Below, piece by piece: positions 18,710-30,226 of a stretch of 64,000 bases of DNA. The translations under genes were made by a program, and so were the position numbers. This DNA is from Candidatus Dormiibacterota bacterium (GTDB lineage: Bacteria > Chloroflexota > Dormibacteria > Aeolococcales > Aeolococcaceae): contig CAVPXI010000015.1 in the NCBI GenBank assembly GCA_963709585.1, positions 32,001 through 96,000 on the forward strand. Reading direction: 5' to 3'. The notes beneath the pieces are model-generated. The model did not search any database and was not told the origin of the DNA. It saw only the letters and a list, made by a program, of their open reading frames with translations. Position 1 is the stretch's first letter. Each line of letters starts with the position of its first letter.

Positions 18710-18836
18710 GGCGGCTCCTTCGCTACGGCTCGGCGGACTGGGGAGGGGCGTAATCGTACGAGTTCGTCCCGGTCCCGAGTCAGGCGTCGAGGTTACGAAT
18801 TGCGAAACGTCACTGAGGATGTCTGCCAGCGAGGCG

Positions 18837-19641
18837 TCAACCGGAGGGCGGTGTCGGCGGCGGGAGCGGCTGGTAGGCATTCGTCGGGATTATCGGCGTC
18901 GCGATGCCTGCCACGATGGCGCCCGAGCACTGGGTCAGCTGGACCAGCTGCTCCCCGGGGGCTCCGATCCGGTAGGTGATGGCGCGACAGGTGTATGAGG
19001 TCGCCTGCGCTCCGGGATACGACTGGGGGCCGTAGGTCACCCCGTCGGTGAAATGGCAGTGCGCATTGCTTTCCGCGACGACTCGATAGTGGTGCGTCGC
19101 GATCTCGTCGGGTCCGGTCTCACTCATGGTGAGCGTTCGCGGCATACAGACCTCCGCCGAGCTCACGAAGCACTGACCCGCCTCGGCCGAGCCTGGCGTG
19201 GTGGCCCCCCCGGGACCGACGCTCGCCGTGCCACACGACGGCACCGGTTCGAGCGCGGCCGTGATCGCCGATGCGCCGGTGGCCACACCGAGGGTCGCGA
19301 GGATGATGAGCAGATTGCGGGTAGCCCTGCGGAACGACCCTCGTCCCTTCGCCAGCACCAGCGCGCTGCAGACGAGCGTGTCCACGGCGAGCATGCCCGC
19401 GAGCGTGATACCCGCGGCCGCGAGGGCGGTGATAGCCCAGACGGTCGCTCCTGCGATCAGCGCCACGATCTCGGCCATCACGTACCAGCGATTGACGTAG
19501 CGATGCCCCGCGAACAATGCCACCGAGATGAAGTCCGGCGAGGAGCAGGACAGAGGCCACCAACGCGAAACTCAGCCCGGCCCAGAAGCAGAATGCCGCC
19601 CAGCAGAGCAGCAGGATGCCGAAGACGAGCGGCGGGTACAC
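18837..19641 (-). CDS. Membrane protein with Cys-rich extracellular domain (apparent +1 frameshift near 19532)
   Basis: TM helices begin in one frame (VYPPLVFGILLL...) and continue in ORF 18837-19523. Confidence 0.6.
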
Positions 19642-19649
19642 CCGCGAGT

Positions 19650-20846
19650 CTATTGCGGCGGCGGGGCGGCGGCGAGCGTGACCTTGGCCTGATGCTCCCG
19701 GCCGGAGGTGTCGAGCCACACCACGATCACGGATTGGCCCGAATGATCGCCCTGGAGGATCACCGTGAGCGAGGACTTGGAGTCCACAGGCATCCCGCCC
19801 AGGGAGGTGATCACGTCGCCGGCGGCGAGCGCGGTCGTGGATGCGGGCGACCCGCTCGCGACACCGGTCGCGCACCCGTCCGAGCCCGCGATGAGGAGCG
19901 CCCCGGGGGGTGACGTGCTGTCCACGACGCAGACACCAAGCATCGCCGGCGCCGGTGGCGTCGACGGTTGCGCCAGGATCTGATGGGCGTAGTTGAGCGC
20001 GGTGTCGATCGGGATCGCGAACGCCTCGACCGCGCCCGATCCGAGGCCTCTGCGACTTCCGCTGGCCGCCGTGTCGATGCCGATGACCTTGCCGTCGCCG
20101 TTGACGAGCGGGCCGCCGGAGTTGCCAGGCTGGATCGGGGCGTTGGTCTGAATCATCCCGCTCAGGTTCTCCGCGTTCTGGCCGGTCTGATCGGACGCCG
20201 TGATCTGCTGTCCGAGCGCCGTCACCGTGCCCGGCGCCGCAACCGGCGCGACCCCGCGCCCCTGGGCATTGCCGAACGCGGTGACACTGTCCCCAACCTG
20301 CACGCTCGAGGAATCGCCGATCGGCGCTGTCGCGAGGCCGCTGGCCCCTTGGAGCTGGAGCACGGCGATGTCGTGAGTGGCGTCCTGGCCGATCAGGACG
20401 GCGGGAAACGTGGCGCCGGTCGAGGTGAGCCGGACGCTGATCGCCTGCCATCCTTCGACGACGTGGTTGTTGGTCAGCACGACCCCGGATGAGGTGAGCA
20501 CGATACCCGTTCCCGCCGCCGCCGCACCGTCGACAAGCGTCGTGTCGATGTCAACGACGGCTGCCTCGACGCCGGCGTTGTTCCCGGAGCCGCCGATGCC
20601 GCGGGTTGCGATGACCGCGGTCGCGGCTGCGCTCGCGGCAAAAACAAAGATGACCAGAAAAACGCCGAGCATGACGAGCCGTGACGTACGCCTCGGTGGC
20701 GGCGGAGGCTCGTAGACGTAGTACTGCTGCGGCCACCATCCGGGCGTCGGAGGCGGCGACGTCCATCCGGCGCCGCCCCACGGGTCGCTCGAATGTCCTC
20801 CCCCAGGCCACGCCGGCGCTCCGGCGGGGACCTCCTCCTCGCTCAT
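19650..20846 (-). CDS. HtrA/DegP-like trypsin serine protease with PDZ domain
   Basis: TM anchor, LTNNHVV, DIAVL, IQTNAPIQPGNSGGP, C-terminal GDVITSLGG. Confidence 0.92.
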   Translation of the reverse strand: MSEEEVPAGAPAWPGGGHSSDPWGGAGWTSPPPTPGWWPQQYYVYEPPPPPRRTSRLVMLGVFLVIFVFAASAAATAVIATRGIGGSGNNAGVEAAVVDIDTTLVDGAAAAGTGIVLTSSGVVLTNNHVVEGWQAISVRLTSTGATFPAVLIGQDATHDIAVLQLQGASGLATAPIGDSSSVQVGDSVTAFGNAQGRGVAPVAAPGTVTALGQQITASDQTGQNAENLSGMIQTNAPIQPGNSGGPLVNGDGKVIGIDTAASGSRRGLGSGAVEAFAIPIDTALNYAHQILAQPSTPPAPAMLGVCVVDSTSPPGALLIAGSDGCATGVASGSPASTTALAAGDVITSLGGMPVDSKSSLTVILQGDHSGQSVIVVWLDTSGREHQAKVTLAAAPPPQ

Positions 20847-20966
20847 GCTGCCTTATTGTCGCCATTTCGGCCTGTCGAGTGCATGACGGGAGACTCCCCG
20901 CGCACCGCGCCGGCACGGCGCGTGCGCGGGGGTCCGTGGTCGAACCGGCAGCCCGGTCCGACGCGA

Positions 20967-21284
20967 CTACATGACGTTGAAGGTTTCCGCGACCTCGATG
21001 CTTGCGCCGCCACCGAGCACCGGGCATCCCTTGGCGAGCGCGACGGCCGCGTCGATGCCGTCCGCCTCGATGAGGCTGTAGCCCGTCGCCGGGTTTGCGC
21101 CACCTCCGTCCGAAACCGACCCGTCACTCGCGATTGTCTTCGTCTGCGACGTCGGGTTGCCGCCGTCGGCGAGCGCCGGTCCGAGGTTCTGGAACCACGT
21201 TCCCCAGGCGGCCATCACCTTCGCCTGAGCCTCCTCGCCCTCGGGCATGCCTCCGCCGTGGTAGACGAGCAGATATTTCGCCAT
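20967..21284 (-). CDS. YCII-related protein
   Basis: MAKYLLVYHGG, TGYSLIEA, AKGCP, IEVAE. Confidence 0.8.
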   Translation of the reverse strand: MAKYLLVYHGGGMPEGEEAQAKVMAAWGTWFQNLGPALADGGNPTSQTKTIASDGSVSDGGGANPATGYSLIEADGIDAAVALAKGCPVLGGGASIEVAETFNVM

Positions 21285-21304
21285 GTCGTGCCTCCTTGTC
21301 CTGG

Positions 21305-22557
21305 TCAGCTGTTGTTCGCGCCGATGGCGCGGATGACGGTGGGTTCGAGGCGCGTCTCGAGCAGCGCGCGCTCCGACGGGTTGTCGGTCAGCTCGATGGC
21401 GCGCCGATCCGCATCGGCCGCCTCGTCGAGCCTGCCGAAGCGGCGAAGCAACTCCGCACGCGTCGCCCAGTACAGGTGGTAGCCGTCCAGGTCGGCGCGC
21501 AACGCGTCGAGCTCCTCCATCGCGGGGACCGGCCCGGCCACGTGCTCGAGGGCGATCGCGCGATTCAGGCGCACCACCGGCCCCGGATTGAGCCGCACGA
21601 GTGCGCCATACAGCGCGAGGATCTGCGGCCAGTCGGTTTCCTCGAATGTGGGTGCCTCCGCATGGCAGGCGGCGATGGCGGCCTGCAGCCAGTAGGACCC
21701 GGGCCGGCCGTAGACGCCGGGCCCGCTCGAGCAGCGCGCCGGCCTCGGCGATCGCGGTGTGATCCCAGCGGGTGCGGTCCTGGTCGCGCAGCAGGACGAG
21801 TGCGCCGCGATCGTCGAAACGCGTCGCCCGGCGCGAACTCGTGGAGGCGCATCAGAGCGAGCAGGGCGAGCACCTCGGGCTCCTCCGGCAGCATTCGGGC
21901 GACCAGCCCGCAGAGCCAGAGGGCATCGACGCAGAGGTCGCGGCTCGTCGAGACGTCGGGGCCGCTGCCGAGGTAGCCCTCGTTGAAGACGATGTACAGC
22001 GAGGCGAGCACCTCGGCGAGCCGATCAGGCAGCTCGTCCGCGCCAGGCACCCGGTACGGGATGTGCGCGCCGACGATCTTGCGCTTGGCACGCACGATGC
22101 GCTGCGCCATGGTCGCTTCGGATACCAGAAACGCATGCGCGATCTGGCCCGTGGTCATGCCCATGACCGCGCGGAGCGTCAGCGCCACCTGGGCGTCGCG
22201 GGCCAGGGCGGGATGGCAGCAGGTGAAGATGAGCCGGAGGCGATCGTCGGGATCGGAGCGCACGTCCGGCGCCCAGCCGTCGGTCAGCAACTGGAGCTTG
22301 GCGCGGTAGGTCGAATCGCGGCGCAGGCGATCGATCGCGCGTCGCCGCGCGGTCTGGAGGAGCCAGGCGGCGGGGCGCTCGGGGACCCCGTCCACCGGCC
22401 ATCGCTGCAGGGCCACGACCACCGCGTCCTGGACGAGGTCCTCGGCGAGGTCGAAGTCACCGGTGATCCGCACCAGCGATCCGCAGATGAGGCCGACCTC
22501 GGCACGGAAGACGGCATTCATCGCCTCGCTGGTCGGGTCGTTCGCCATGGTGCCCAC
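21305..22557 (-). CDS. ECF sigma factor with C-terminal TPR-like extension (ECF42-type); two apparent frameshifts near 21837 and 21712
   Basis: AEDLVQDA, DDRLRLIFTCCHPAL, MAQRIVRAKRKI, FNEGY, VVRLNRAIA. Flanked by YCII/DGPF genes. Confidence 0.88.
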
Positions 22558-22570
22558 GAGGCCGGGTGGG

Positions 22571-22936
22571 TCAGCCGACCGGGTGGTGAGGCATTTGGTC
22601 GTGGCTCACGACGGGGCGGATCTCGACGGCCTGGTCCTTTGGCGGCCACTGCTTTGCTATGGCGATCGCCTCGTCCAGGTCGGCGACGTCGATGGTCACG
22701 AAGCCCGCGACGTTCTCCTTGCTCTCCATGAACGGCCCGTCGGTGACGAGCGGCCGGCCTTCCTCGAAGCGAATCGTGGTCGCCGTGTTCGAGGGCTGCA
22801 ACTCCTCACCACCGCGAAGCTTCCCATCGCGGCCGATCGTGGCAAACCACTCGTCGATCGCCGCGTAGTGCGCGCTTTGAGCCGCGTCGTCGAGAATCGA
22901 TTCCTCGTTCCTGATGAACAGCAGCATGTATTTCAC
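22571..22936 (-). CDS. YCII/DGPF family protein
   Basis: MKYMLL, VTDGPFMESKE, VEIRP. Confidence 0.9.
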   Translation of the reverse strand: MKYMLLFIRNEESILDDAAQSAHYAAIDEWFATIGRDGKLRGGEELQPSNTATTIRFEEGRPLVTDGPFMESKENVAGFVTIDVADLDEAIAIAKQWPPKDQAVEIRPVVSHDQMPHHPVG

Positions 22937-23057
22937 TGAGTGAGCTCCTTGGCGTCCGGATGAGTCATCCCAATCATGACGACGAACGGGAACGGCCCAA
23001 ATCGACAGGTCGATTCCGGCGAACCGGCCATCCTCGCGCCTGTCAGGCTATCTCGCC

Positions 23058-23887
23058 GTGGCTGACTGGAGCGTCACGGGGCGGGCTCGCCTCGGCAGCG
23101 GGGATCGATCGAGCGTCGATCACCTTCGCCGGGCGTGCGAGGCAGCCGACCGTCTCGACCTGAAGGTCGAGCTCGACGAAGCCGACGACCTCGAGCGCCC
23201 GATTCACTTTCTCGCCGAGACCGGGGATGATGTGATCGGATACGCCGGCCTCACATCGGGCGACGAGTTCGAAGTCTGCGGGATGGTCCACCCATCGTGG
23301 CGACGTCGCGGGGTGGGCAGCGCGCTGCTCGCTGGGGTGCGCGACGCCGCGACCAGCCTCGGGCGGGACAGCATCCTCGTCATCTGCGAGGATGCGGGGC
23401 CTCAGGCGCTCGCCTGGATGCGCCGCATCGGCGCGACCCTCGAGTCAGCGGAGCGGCGCATGGTCGTCCGGCTCTCGACGCCGGCCGTCCGGTCACCTCT
23501 GATCCAGTGCTGGAGGTACGCCCAGCATCCGACGCCGATCACGACGCGGTCGTCGCTGTGCTGGGTGAGGAGTTCAGCGATCGCCCGCCCGACCGGCGGC
23601 TCGTCGGAGTTGAAGGCGCCACCGTGGTCGGAACCCTTCGCCTGATCGACGCTTCGCACCGCACGATGGTCTATGGGTTCGTGATCGACGAGCGCCGCAG
23701 GGGCCAACGGCTCGGGTCGCGCATGCTCGAAGCGGTGATGGCGCAGCTCCGAGCCGAAGGGGTCGGTGACGTGGGTCTCGAGGTTGATCCGAGCAACACC
23801 CCCGCGATCCGGCTCTACGAGCGGTTCGGCTTCGAGACCGTCACCACCTATCGGTACATGCGCCTGTCACTGCTCACGGAGCGGTGA
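23058..23887 (+). CDS. Tandem GNAT acetyltransferase (apparent frameshift near 23490)
   Basis: VHPSWRRRGVGSALL in the first frame. RRGQRLG and NTPAIRLYERFGF in the second. Confidence 0.8.
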
Positions 23888-24820
23888 CGAGGGCGCCGGC
23901 CGACCGATGTTGAGGACGACCTTGCCGGTGACCTTGCGCGCCAGCAGATCTCGAGCAAGCTCCCCACCTCGGGTCCAGTCTGCCTCCACGTCGATGTGCG
24001 GCTTGAGCAGACCCGCTGCGGTCAGCGCGAACAGTGAGCGGAGATCCGACGTCGCACTCTGCGTGTGCCGGAGCTCGACGAAGATCAACATCGAGCGCAC
24101 CGTCGCGCCGACGTGAGCGCCGAACCAGCGCGGGCCGAGCGCGGCGGGCTCCATGAGTGTCGATGCGTAGGAGACAACCGTGCCGCCCGGCGCGACGGCA
24201 TCGAGACATTGGGTGAGGACCTCGCCGCCGACTCCGTCAAGGATGTGGTCGTACGGCCCGCGCGCGTCCCGGATGTCGCGAACCACGTGGTAGCAGGCTG
24301 CCGCGGCGGCGACGTTCATCTCGGGGTTGCGGATCAAACCCGTCACGGTCATCTGCGCGGCCCGCGCCAGTTGGACGGCCAGGTGCCCCACGCCGCCGGA
24401 AGCACCGGTGATCAGCACGCTCTTGCCCACCGGGAATCCGCCGAGGGCAAGCGCCCGGAATGCGGTCATCCCGGCGAGCGGCATGCAGGCGGCTTGCGCA
24501 GGCGTCACGCCCTCTGGCACGGCCGTGAGGTAATCCACCGGGACCGCGACCAGCTCTGCCCAGGCTCTGTTGTCGACAAGGCCGGCCACTCTGGTCCCGG
24601 CCGGCGGACCGACCCCGCCTTGCGCGGCGCACTCGACGATGCCGCAGACATCCCAGCCGACCTGCTGACCCGCCGGTGAGCTCTTCGCGCGCGACACCTC
24701 GCCGCGGTTCAGGCTCGTCGTCTCCACGCGCACGAGCACCTCGGTAGCTCCGGGCGCGGGGTCGGGCAATTCGGTGACGCGCAGCAGGTCATCGTCGCCG
24801 GTCGTGGTGAGGGCAAGCAT
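23867..24820 (-). CDS. MDR-family quinone oxidoreductase/zinc-binding dehydrogenase
   Basis: SLNRGE, VLITGASGGVG, VTGKVVL. Confidence 0.88.
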   Translation of the reverse strand: MLALTTTGDDDLLRVTELPDPAPGATEVLVRVETTSLNRGEVSRAKSSPAGQQVGWDVCGIVECAAQGGVGPPAGTRVAGLVDNRAWAELVAVPVDYLTAVPEGVTPAQAACMPLAGMTAFRALALGGFPVGKSVLITGASGGVGHLAVQLARAAQMTVTGLIRNPEMNVAAAAACYHVVRDIRDARGPYDHILDGVGGEVLTQCLDAVAPGGTVVSYASTLMEPAALGPRWFGAHVGATVRSMLIFVELRHTQSATSDLRSLFALTAAGLLKPHIDVEADWTRGGELARDLLARKVTGKVVLNIGRPAPSSPLREQ

Positions 24821-24914
24821 CTCGGGAATCTCCAGGTCTTGTCGAACCGTGGAAAGATTAGGCTGCGATGGTGCGCCTGCAGGCGCGAATATCGCAGGAG
24901 TGACAGCGCCAGGC

Positions 24915-25970
24915 ATGCTCGAGATCACGGCTGCGGCGAGGGCACTTCATGGGCGGTCGATCGTCGTCGACACCCACAACGACCTGCTCATGCTCTGCGC
25001 GCGCCGGAAACCCTCCGAGCAGGGCTCCTACTTCCGGAGCGCCTGGCTACCACAGCTGCGCGCCGGTGGCGTGAACATTCAGGTGCTGCCGGTCTTCATC
25101 GACGACGACTTCCGCCCCGAGGCCGCGTTGCGACAGACGATGCGGATGCTCGAAGCCGGTTGGCGCATCGCGGCCGAGAACCCCGATGCGGTGCGGATCT
25201 GCCTCACAGGCCCGGACGTCGACGCCGCCCTTGCTGACGGATTGATCGCCCTCATCCTGGCGCTGGAGGGGTGCGAGGCCGTCGGCGCCGACGTTGCCCT
25301 CTTCGGACCGCTCCATCTGCTCGGGGTTCGGATCGCCTCGTTCACCCATTTCGGCCGGACCATGCTGGCCGACGGATCCGCCGAGGACGCAACCGGCAGC
25401 CGGCTCACCCGAGCCGGTATCGAAGCGCTTGCGACCTGCGAGAGCGTCGGCATCATGCTGGACGTCTCGCACCTCGGCGCAACCTGCACCGATCACCTGC
25501 TCGAGCTCGCAACCCGCCCGGTCATCGCGTCGCACTCCTCGGCGTTCGCGCTCCGCCGGCACCATCGCAATCTGACCGATGAGCGCCTGCGCGGGATCGC
25601 GGCGACGGGCGGTGTTGTCGGCGTCAACGTGCTCGGGACCTTCATCGATGAGGACGCGCCGAGCGTCGCACGCGTCGTCGATCACGTCGAGCATGTCGCG
25701 TCGATCGTCGGTGCCGGGCATGTCGGGCTGGGGCCGGACTTTTTCAAGGAGATATCCGACGAGATCCACGGGCCAGAGGCGCAGTCCATGGACGGGGCCG
25801 GGGCGATGATCACCTACGTCCCCGGCCTCGAGGGGCCGGCCGGACTGCCGCTGATCACGGATGAGCTTCTGCGTCGTGGTTGGTCCGAGGATGACATCCG
25901 CCAGGTGCTGGGTGGCGGGTTTCACGAACTGTTCAGGCGCGAACTTGGAGTCCGCGCTCCACTGCGATAG
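24915..25970 (+). CDS. Membrane/renal dipeptidase (peptidase M19)
   Basis: VDTHND, LALEG, DVSHL, IASHS, RNLTDE, HVGLGPDF. Confidence 0.9.
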   Translation: MLEITAAARALHGRSIVVDTHNDLLMLCARRKPSEQGSYFRSAWLPQLRAGGVNIQVLPVFIDDDFRPEAALRQTMRMLEAGWRIAAENPDAVRICLTGPDVDAALADGLIALILALEGCEAVGADVALFGPLHLLGVRIASFTHFGRTMLADGSAEDATGSRLTRAGIEALATCESVGIMLDVSHLGATCTDHLLELATRPVIASHSSAFALRRHHRNLTDERLRGIAATGGVVGVNVLGTFIDEDAPSVARVVDHVEHVASIVGAGHVGLGPDFFKEISDEIHGPEAQSMDGAGAMITYVPGLEGPAGLPLITDELLRRGWSEDDIRQVLGGGFHELFRRELGVRAPLR

Positions 25971-25988
25971 GCCGAGATATCCGGCGTC

Positions 25989-26690
25989 TTACAGCGCGCA
26001 ACTCTCGTCGGTGCACGTGGTATCGACGTCGCGAGCGCCGACCATCTGCAGGGGGTGAGCAGCGGTCCACGCCTGTTGCAGGGCGCCGAGGATCAAATCC
26101 GACGGCTGTGCGCCGGAGACACCGTAGGCGCGATCGAGCACGAAGAAGGGGACGCCGGTGATTCCCAATTGGCGCGCCTCCAGTTCGTCATGACGAACGT
26201 CGTCGGCGTATGCGTCGCCGTCGAGCACCGCGCGAGTGCCGGATGCGTCCAGCCCGACCTCGACCGCGAGCCGCGCCAGGACGTCGGGCTCGCCGATCGC
26301 TGCTCCCTCGACGAAGTAGGCCGCCATCAGACGTTCTTTGAGCGCGTCCTGCTTTCCGGCCGAGTGCGCGTAGTGGATCAGGCGGTGGGCGTCGAACGTG
26401 TTGCCGGACCGGGCCCGGTCGAGGTGGAAGTCCAGCCCCTCGGTCGCCGCGTTGGCCGTGACCCGGGCCTGCGCGGCCTCCGCGGTGGCGCGGCTCATGC
26501 CGTATTTGGCGGCAAGGCGCTCCACGGGATCACCCTCCGACGTGGGCGGCGCGCTCGGATCGAGCTGGAAGCTACGCCAGGTGACCGTGACCTCCTCGCG
26601 ATGATCGAAGGCGGCCAGAGCGTGCTCGAAACGGCGCTTGCCGATGTAGCACCAGGGACAAACGACGTCGGACCAGATCTCAACATCCAT
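25989..26690 (-). CDS. DsbA/FrnE-family oxidoreductase
   Basis: WSDVVCPWCYIGKRR, GITGVPFF, VSGAQP. Confidence 0.92.
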   Translation of the reverse strand: MDVEIWSDVVCPWCYIGKRRFEHALAAFDHREEVTVTWRSFQLDPSAPPTSEGDPVERLAAKYGMSRATAEAAQARVTANAATEGLDFHLDRARSGNTFDAHRLIHYAHSAGKQDALKERLMAAYFVEGAAIGEPDVLARLAVEVGLDASGTRAVLDGDAYADDVRHDELEARQLGITGVPFFVLDRAYGVSGAQPSDLILGALQQAWTAAHPLQMVGARDVDTTCTDESCAL

Positions 26691-26820
26691 GGTTCGGTTG
26701 TACCCGATCTCCCGCCGATTACGCGTCCGGTGCGCGGATTCGGAATACCCGGCGGCGGGTACAACAAGCGCCAGAAACCCACGAGCCGATCGTTCCGACG
26801 GCCGGCCATAGAGACTGAAC

Positions 26821-29152
26821 ATGCCAGAACTGACCTCCGAACTCCTTCCCATCCTGCAGCTCGACGACGTCGTCGTCCTGCCCGGCATGACCGCCACACT
26901 GGCGGTCGAGAGTGACCAGCAGCGGGCCGCCATGACGGCCGCGCAGAACGGCAACCGCCTGATCCTGCTGGTCCCGCATGTCGGCGGCCGGTTCTCCGCG
27001 ATCGGCACCGTCGCCCAGGTCGTCGAGTTCGGGTCAGCTGCCCTCAGGGGCAGAGGTCTCGATCCTCAAGGGGCTGCACCGCGCCCGCCTCGGTGGCGGC
27101 CAGTCCGACATCGGTGGGGCGCTCTGGGTCCAGGTCGAGCCACTCCCCGACGGCGACCCCAGCGACGCAGCGCGCGAGCTGGCGCGTGAATATCGCGCCC
27201 TCATCGAGAACCTCCTCGAGCTGCGTGGCGCCGGCCGCGCCATCGAGGCGGTCCGCTCCGTTCGGCATCCGGGCCACCTCGCCGATCTGGCCGGATACTC
27301 GCCCGACTTCAGCATCGAGCAGAAGGTCGAGGTGCTCGAGACGCTCGACATCGAGCAGCAACTCTCCCGGCTCATCGCCTGGACCAAGGACGTGCTCGCT
27401 GACGCGTCGGTGCGCGAGAAGGTTCGCACCGAGGTCAACGAAGGGATGGAGAAGACGCAGCGAGACTTCCTGCTGCGCCAGCAGCTCGAGGCGATCAAGA
27501 AGCAACTCGGCGAAGGCGGCGACGACGTCGCGGCCGGTTACCGGGCTCGCCTCGAGAGCGCCGGCATGCCCGAGAACGTCCGCGCCGAGGTCGAGCGCGA
27601 GCTGGACCGTTTCGAGCGGACCAGCGAGCAGAGCCCGGAGCACGGCTGGATCAGGACGTACCTCGATTGGATGTTCGAGATCCCGTGGAACGTCCGCTCG
27701 GAGGACAACCTCGATCTCGGCGAGGCGCGACGCATCCTCGATGAGGACCACACCGGCCTCGAGGACGTCAAGCAACGCATCATCGAGTTCCTGGCCGTCC
27801 GCAAGCTCCGCAGCGAGCGCGGCATCACCGTGCTCGGCGGCGGATCGGGAGCGATCATCACGCTGGTCGGACCTCCGGGCGTCGGCAAGACGTCGCTCGG
27901 CGAGTTGGTTGCCCGGGCGCTGGGCCGGAAGTTCGCGCGCATCTCTCTCGGTGGGATCCACGACGAGGCCGACATCCGCGGGCACCGGCGCACGTACGTC
28001 GGCGCGCTCCCCGGGCGAATCGTGCGCGCCCTCAAGGAGGCCGGTACCAAGAACCCGGTGATCATGCTCGACGAGATCGACAAGGTCGGTAGCGACTGGC
28101 GTGGCGACCCCTCCTCGGCGTTGCTCGAGGTGCTCGATCCCGCGCAGAACAACACCTTCCGCGACCACTACCTCGAGGTCGACCTCGACCTCTCCGAAGT
28201 GCTCTTCATCCCGACAGCAAACGTCTGGGAGACGATCCCCGCGCCGCTGCTCGACCGCATGGAGCTGATCCGTCTCGATGGATACACCGAGAACGAGAAG
28301 GTCGCGATCGCGCGCGATCACCTCCTCCGGCGGCAGGTCGAACATGCGGGGCTCCGGCCCGAGGAGATCAGCGTCACAGACGCTGCCATCCTCGCGGTCA
28401 TCACCGACCACACGCGCGAGGCGGGTGTCCGTAACCTCGAGCGAGAGCTCGGCAAGATGACCCGCAAGGTCGCGACGCGTATCGCCGGAGGAGACCTGGT
28501 CGCTCCGTTCGAGATCACACCGGAGCAGGTGCGAGAGCTCCTGGGCAAGCCCAAGTTCGACAACGAGGTGGCCGAGCGCACCGCCGTCCCAGGCGTTGCA
28601 ACCGGCCTCGCGGTCACCGGCACCGGCGGTGATGTCCTCTTCATCGAAGCCGCCAATGCCCCCGGTGACGGGAAGCTCACGCTGACTGGCCAGCTTGGCG
28701 ACGTGATGAAGGAGTTGGCGCAGATTGCGTTGTCGTACGTCCGCGCCCATGCCGTGGCGCTGGGGATCGACCCCGAGGCCGCACGGCAGAGCTTCCACAT
28801 CCATGTCCCGGCCGGCGCCGTGCCCAAGGATGGGCCGTCGGCGGGCGTCGCGATGACGACGGCGATGGTGAGCCTGCTGACTGGACGGCCGATGCGCAGC
28901 AGTGTGGCGATGACCGGTGAGGTGACACTCCAGGGACTCGTGCTCCCGATCGGAGGCGTCAAGCAGAAGGTGCTCGCCGCCCATCGGATGGGTCTGCGCG
29001 AGGTGATCCTCCCGCGGCGCAACGAGAAGGACATCGAAGACGTGCCCGAGAGCGTGCGCGAGGTGATGACGTTCCACCTGGCGAGCCGCGTCGAGGAGGC
29101 CATTGACGTGGCGCTCGAACCGGCCGAGACCAAGGTGTTCGCTGCCGCGTAA
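26821..29152 (+). CDS. lon: Lon (La) ATP-dependent protease (apparent +1 frameshift near 27028)
   Basis: Lon N-domain, [38 protein letters not shown]. Confidence 0.95.
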
Positions 29153-29165
29153 GTGCCGCAACACG

Positions 29166-29193
29166 CGGTGCGCTGTACCCGCGCAGCGCACCG
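29166..29193. terminator. Hairpin between convergent lon and cydB
   Basis: 10-bp stem CGGTGCGCTG/CAGCGCACCG. Confidence 0.55.
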
Positions 29194-29206
29194 GCTGCGC
29201 ACACCG

Positions 29207-30226
29207 CTACCGCGGTGAGGATGGCGCTGGAACCTCCGACTGAAACGCGAAGAGCAGCAGCAGCGCTGGAATCAGCAGGGCCGAACCGATCGCCAAAGCC
29301 ACGACGAGCGGAAGCAGCGTCTGCTCCGGGGCGGCGGCGCCGCTCACCGTGATCACCCCGGCGAGAACGTCGGGATATTGCGCCGCTCCCCATGCCCAGA
29401 GCACGGCCACCACGGCGAGTGCAGCGGTGACACGCACGGCGACATAGCGCCGCTGCAGAAGTAGGGCGAGCGACAATACGCCGAACACGATGCTGGCCAC
29501 GACAAGTGCAAGGCCACGCTGGGTCAGGCCGTTGAAGAGACGGGGTGCGTCTGCATGCAGAATGGCGATACCCACCATCGCGGTCACTCCCGTCACCACG
29601 CCCATGACCATGGCGCGAAGTCGGAACTGCAGCGCAAGTGTCTGCTCGTTGTGTCGCTGGCAATCCCGCGTCAAGTAGACCGCCGCGAGGTAGGCGGAGA
29701 CCTCCACCGCCAGCACACCGCCCAGAATCGATGTCGGATTCAACCAGCTGGTGATTACGTCGCCTCGAGCGATTCCCAGTGGGACGCGCCCGGACGCGAT
29801 CGCGCCGGCAATCGTTCCCAGAAAGAACGGCGTCACCACCGACGATATGGCGAAGGCGGCGCCGAATGCTCGCCGCAGCTGAAGTTCCGACACGGCGCCA
29901 CGAAATGCGAACGCTGAGCCTCTGAGGATCACGCCGAACGCGGTCGCGATGAGTGGGATGTACAGCGTCGACGCGATCGCGGCGAAGACCGTGGGGAACC
30001 CGGTCCAGGTCACGACCAGCGCGAAGATCAACCAGACGTGGTTGGCCTCCCAGACCGGCCCGATCGACTCCGCGATGCGATTGCGCTGCGCGGCGCCGGC
30101 CGTCGCCGACCCCGCGAGAAGGTCCCAGAATCCAGCGCCGAAGTCGGCGCCGGCGAGGAGCACGTACGCGGTGATGCCGCCCCAGAGAAAGACGAGTACG
30201 ACGTTGGCGAGCAGGCTGCCGCTCAC
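29207..30226 (-). CDS. cydB: Cytochrome bd ubiquinol oxidase subunit II
   Basis: GADFGAGFWDL, GPVWEANHVWLI, LRGSAFAFR. GTGA overlap with cydA. Confidence 0.93.
   Translation of the reverse strand: MSGSLLANVVLVFLWGGITAYVLLAGADFGAGFWDLLAGSATAGAAQRNRIAESIGPVWEANHVWLIFALVVTWTGFPTVFAAIASTLYIPLIATAFGVILRGSAFAFRGAVSELQLRRAFGAAFAISSVVTPFFLGTIAGAIASGRVPLGIARGDVITSWLNPTSILGGVLAVEVSAYLAAVYLTRDCQRHNEQTLALQFRLRAMVMGVVTGVTAMVGIAILHADAPRLFNGLTQRGLALVVASIVFGVLSLALLLQRRYVAVRVTAALAVVAVLWAWGAAQYPDVLAGVITVSGAAAPEQTLLPLVVALAIGSALLIPALLLLFAFQSEVPAPSSPR

Noticed and set aside
20967-22936. Sigma factor flanked by two YCII genes as a novel system
   Set aside because: Matches the established ECF42/DGPF gene association.
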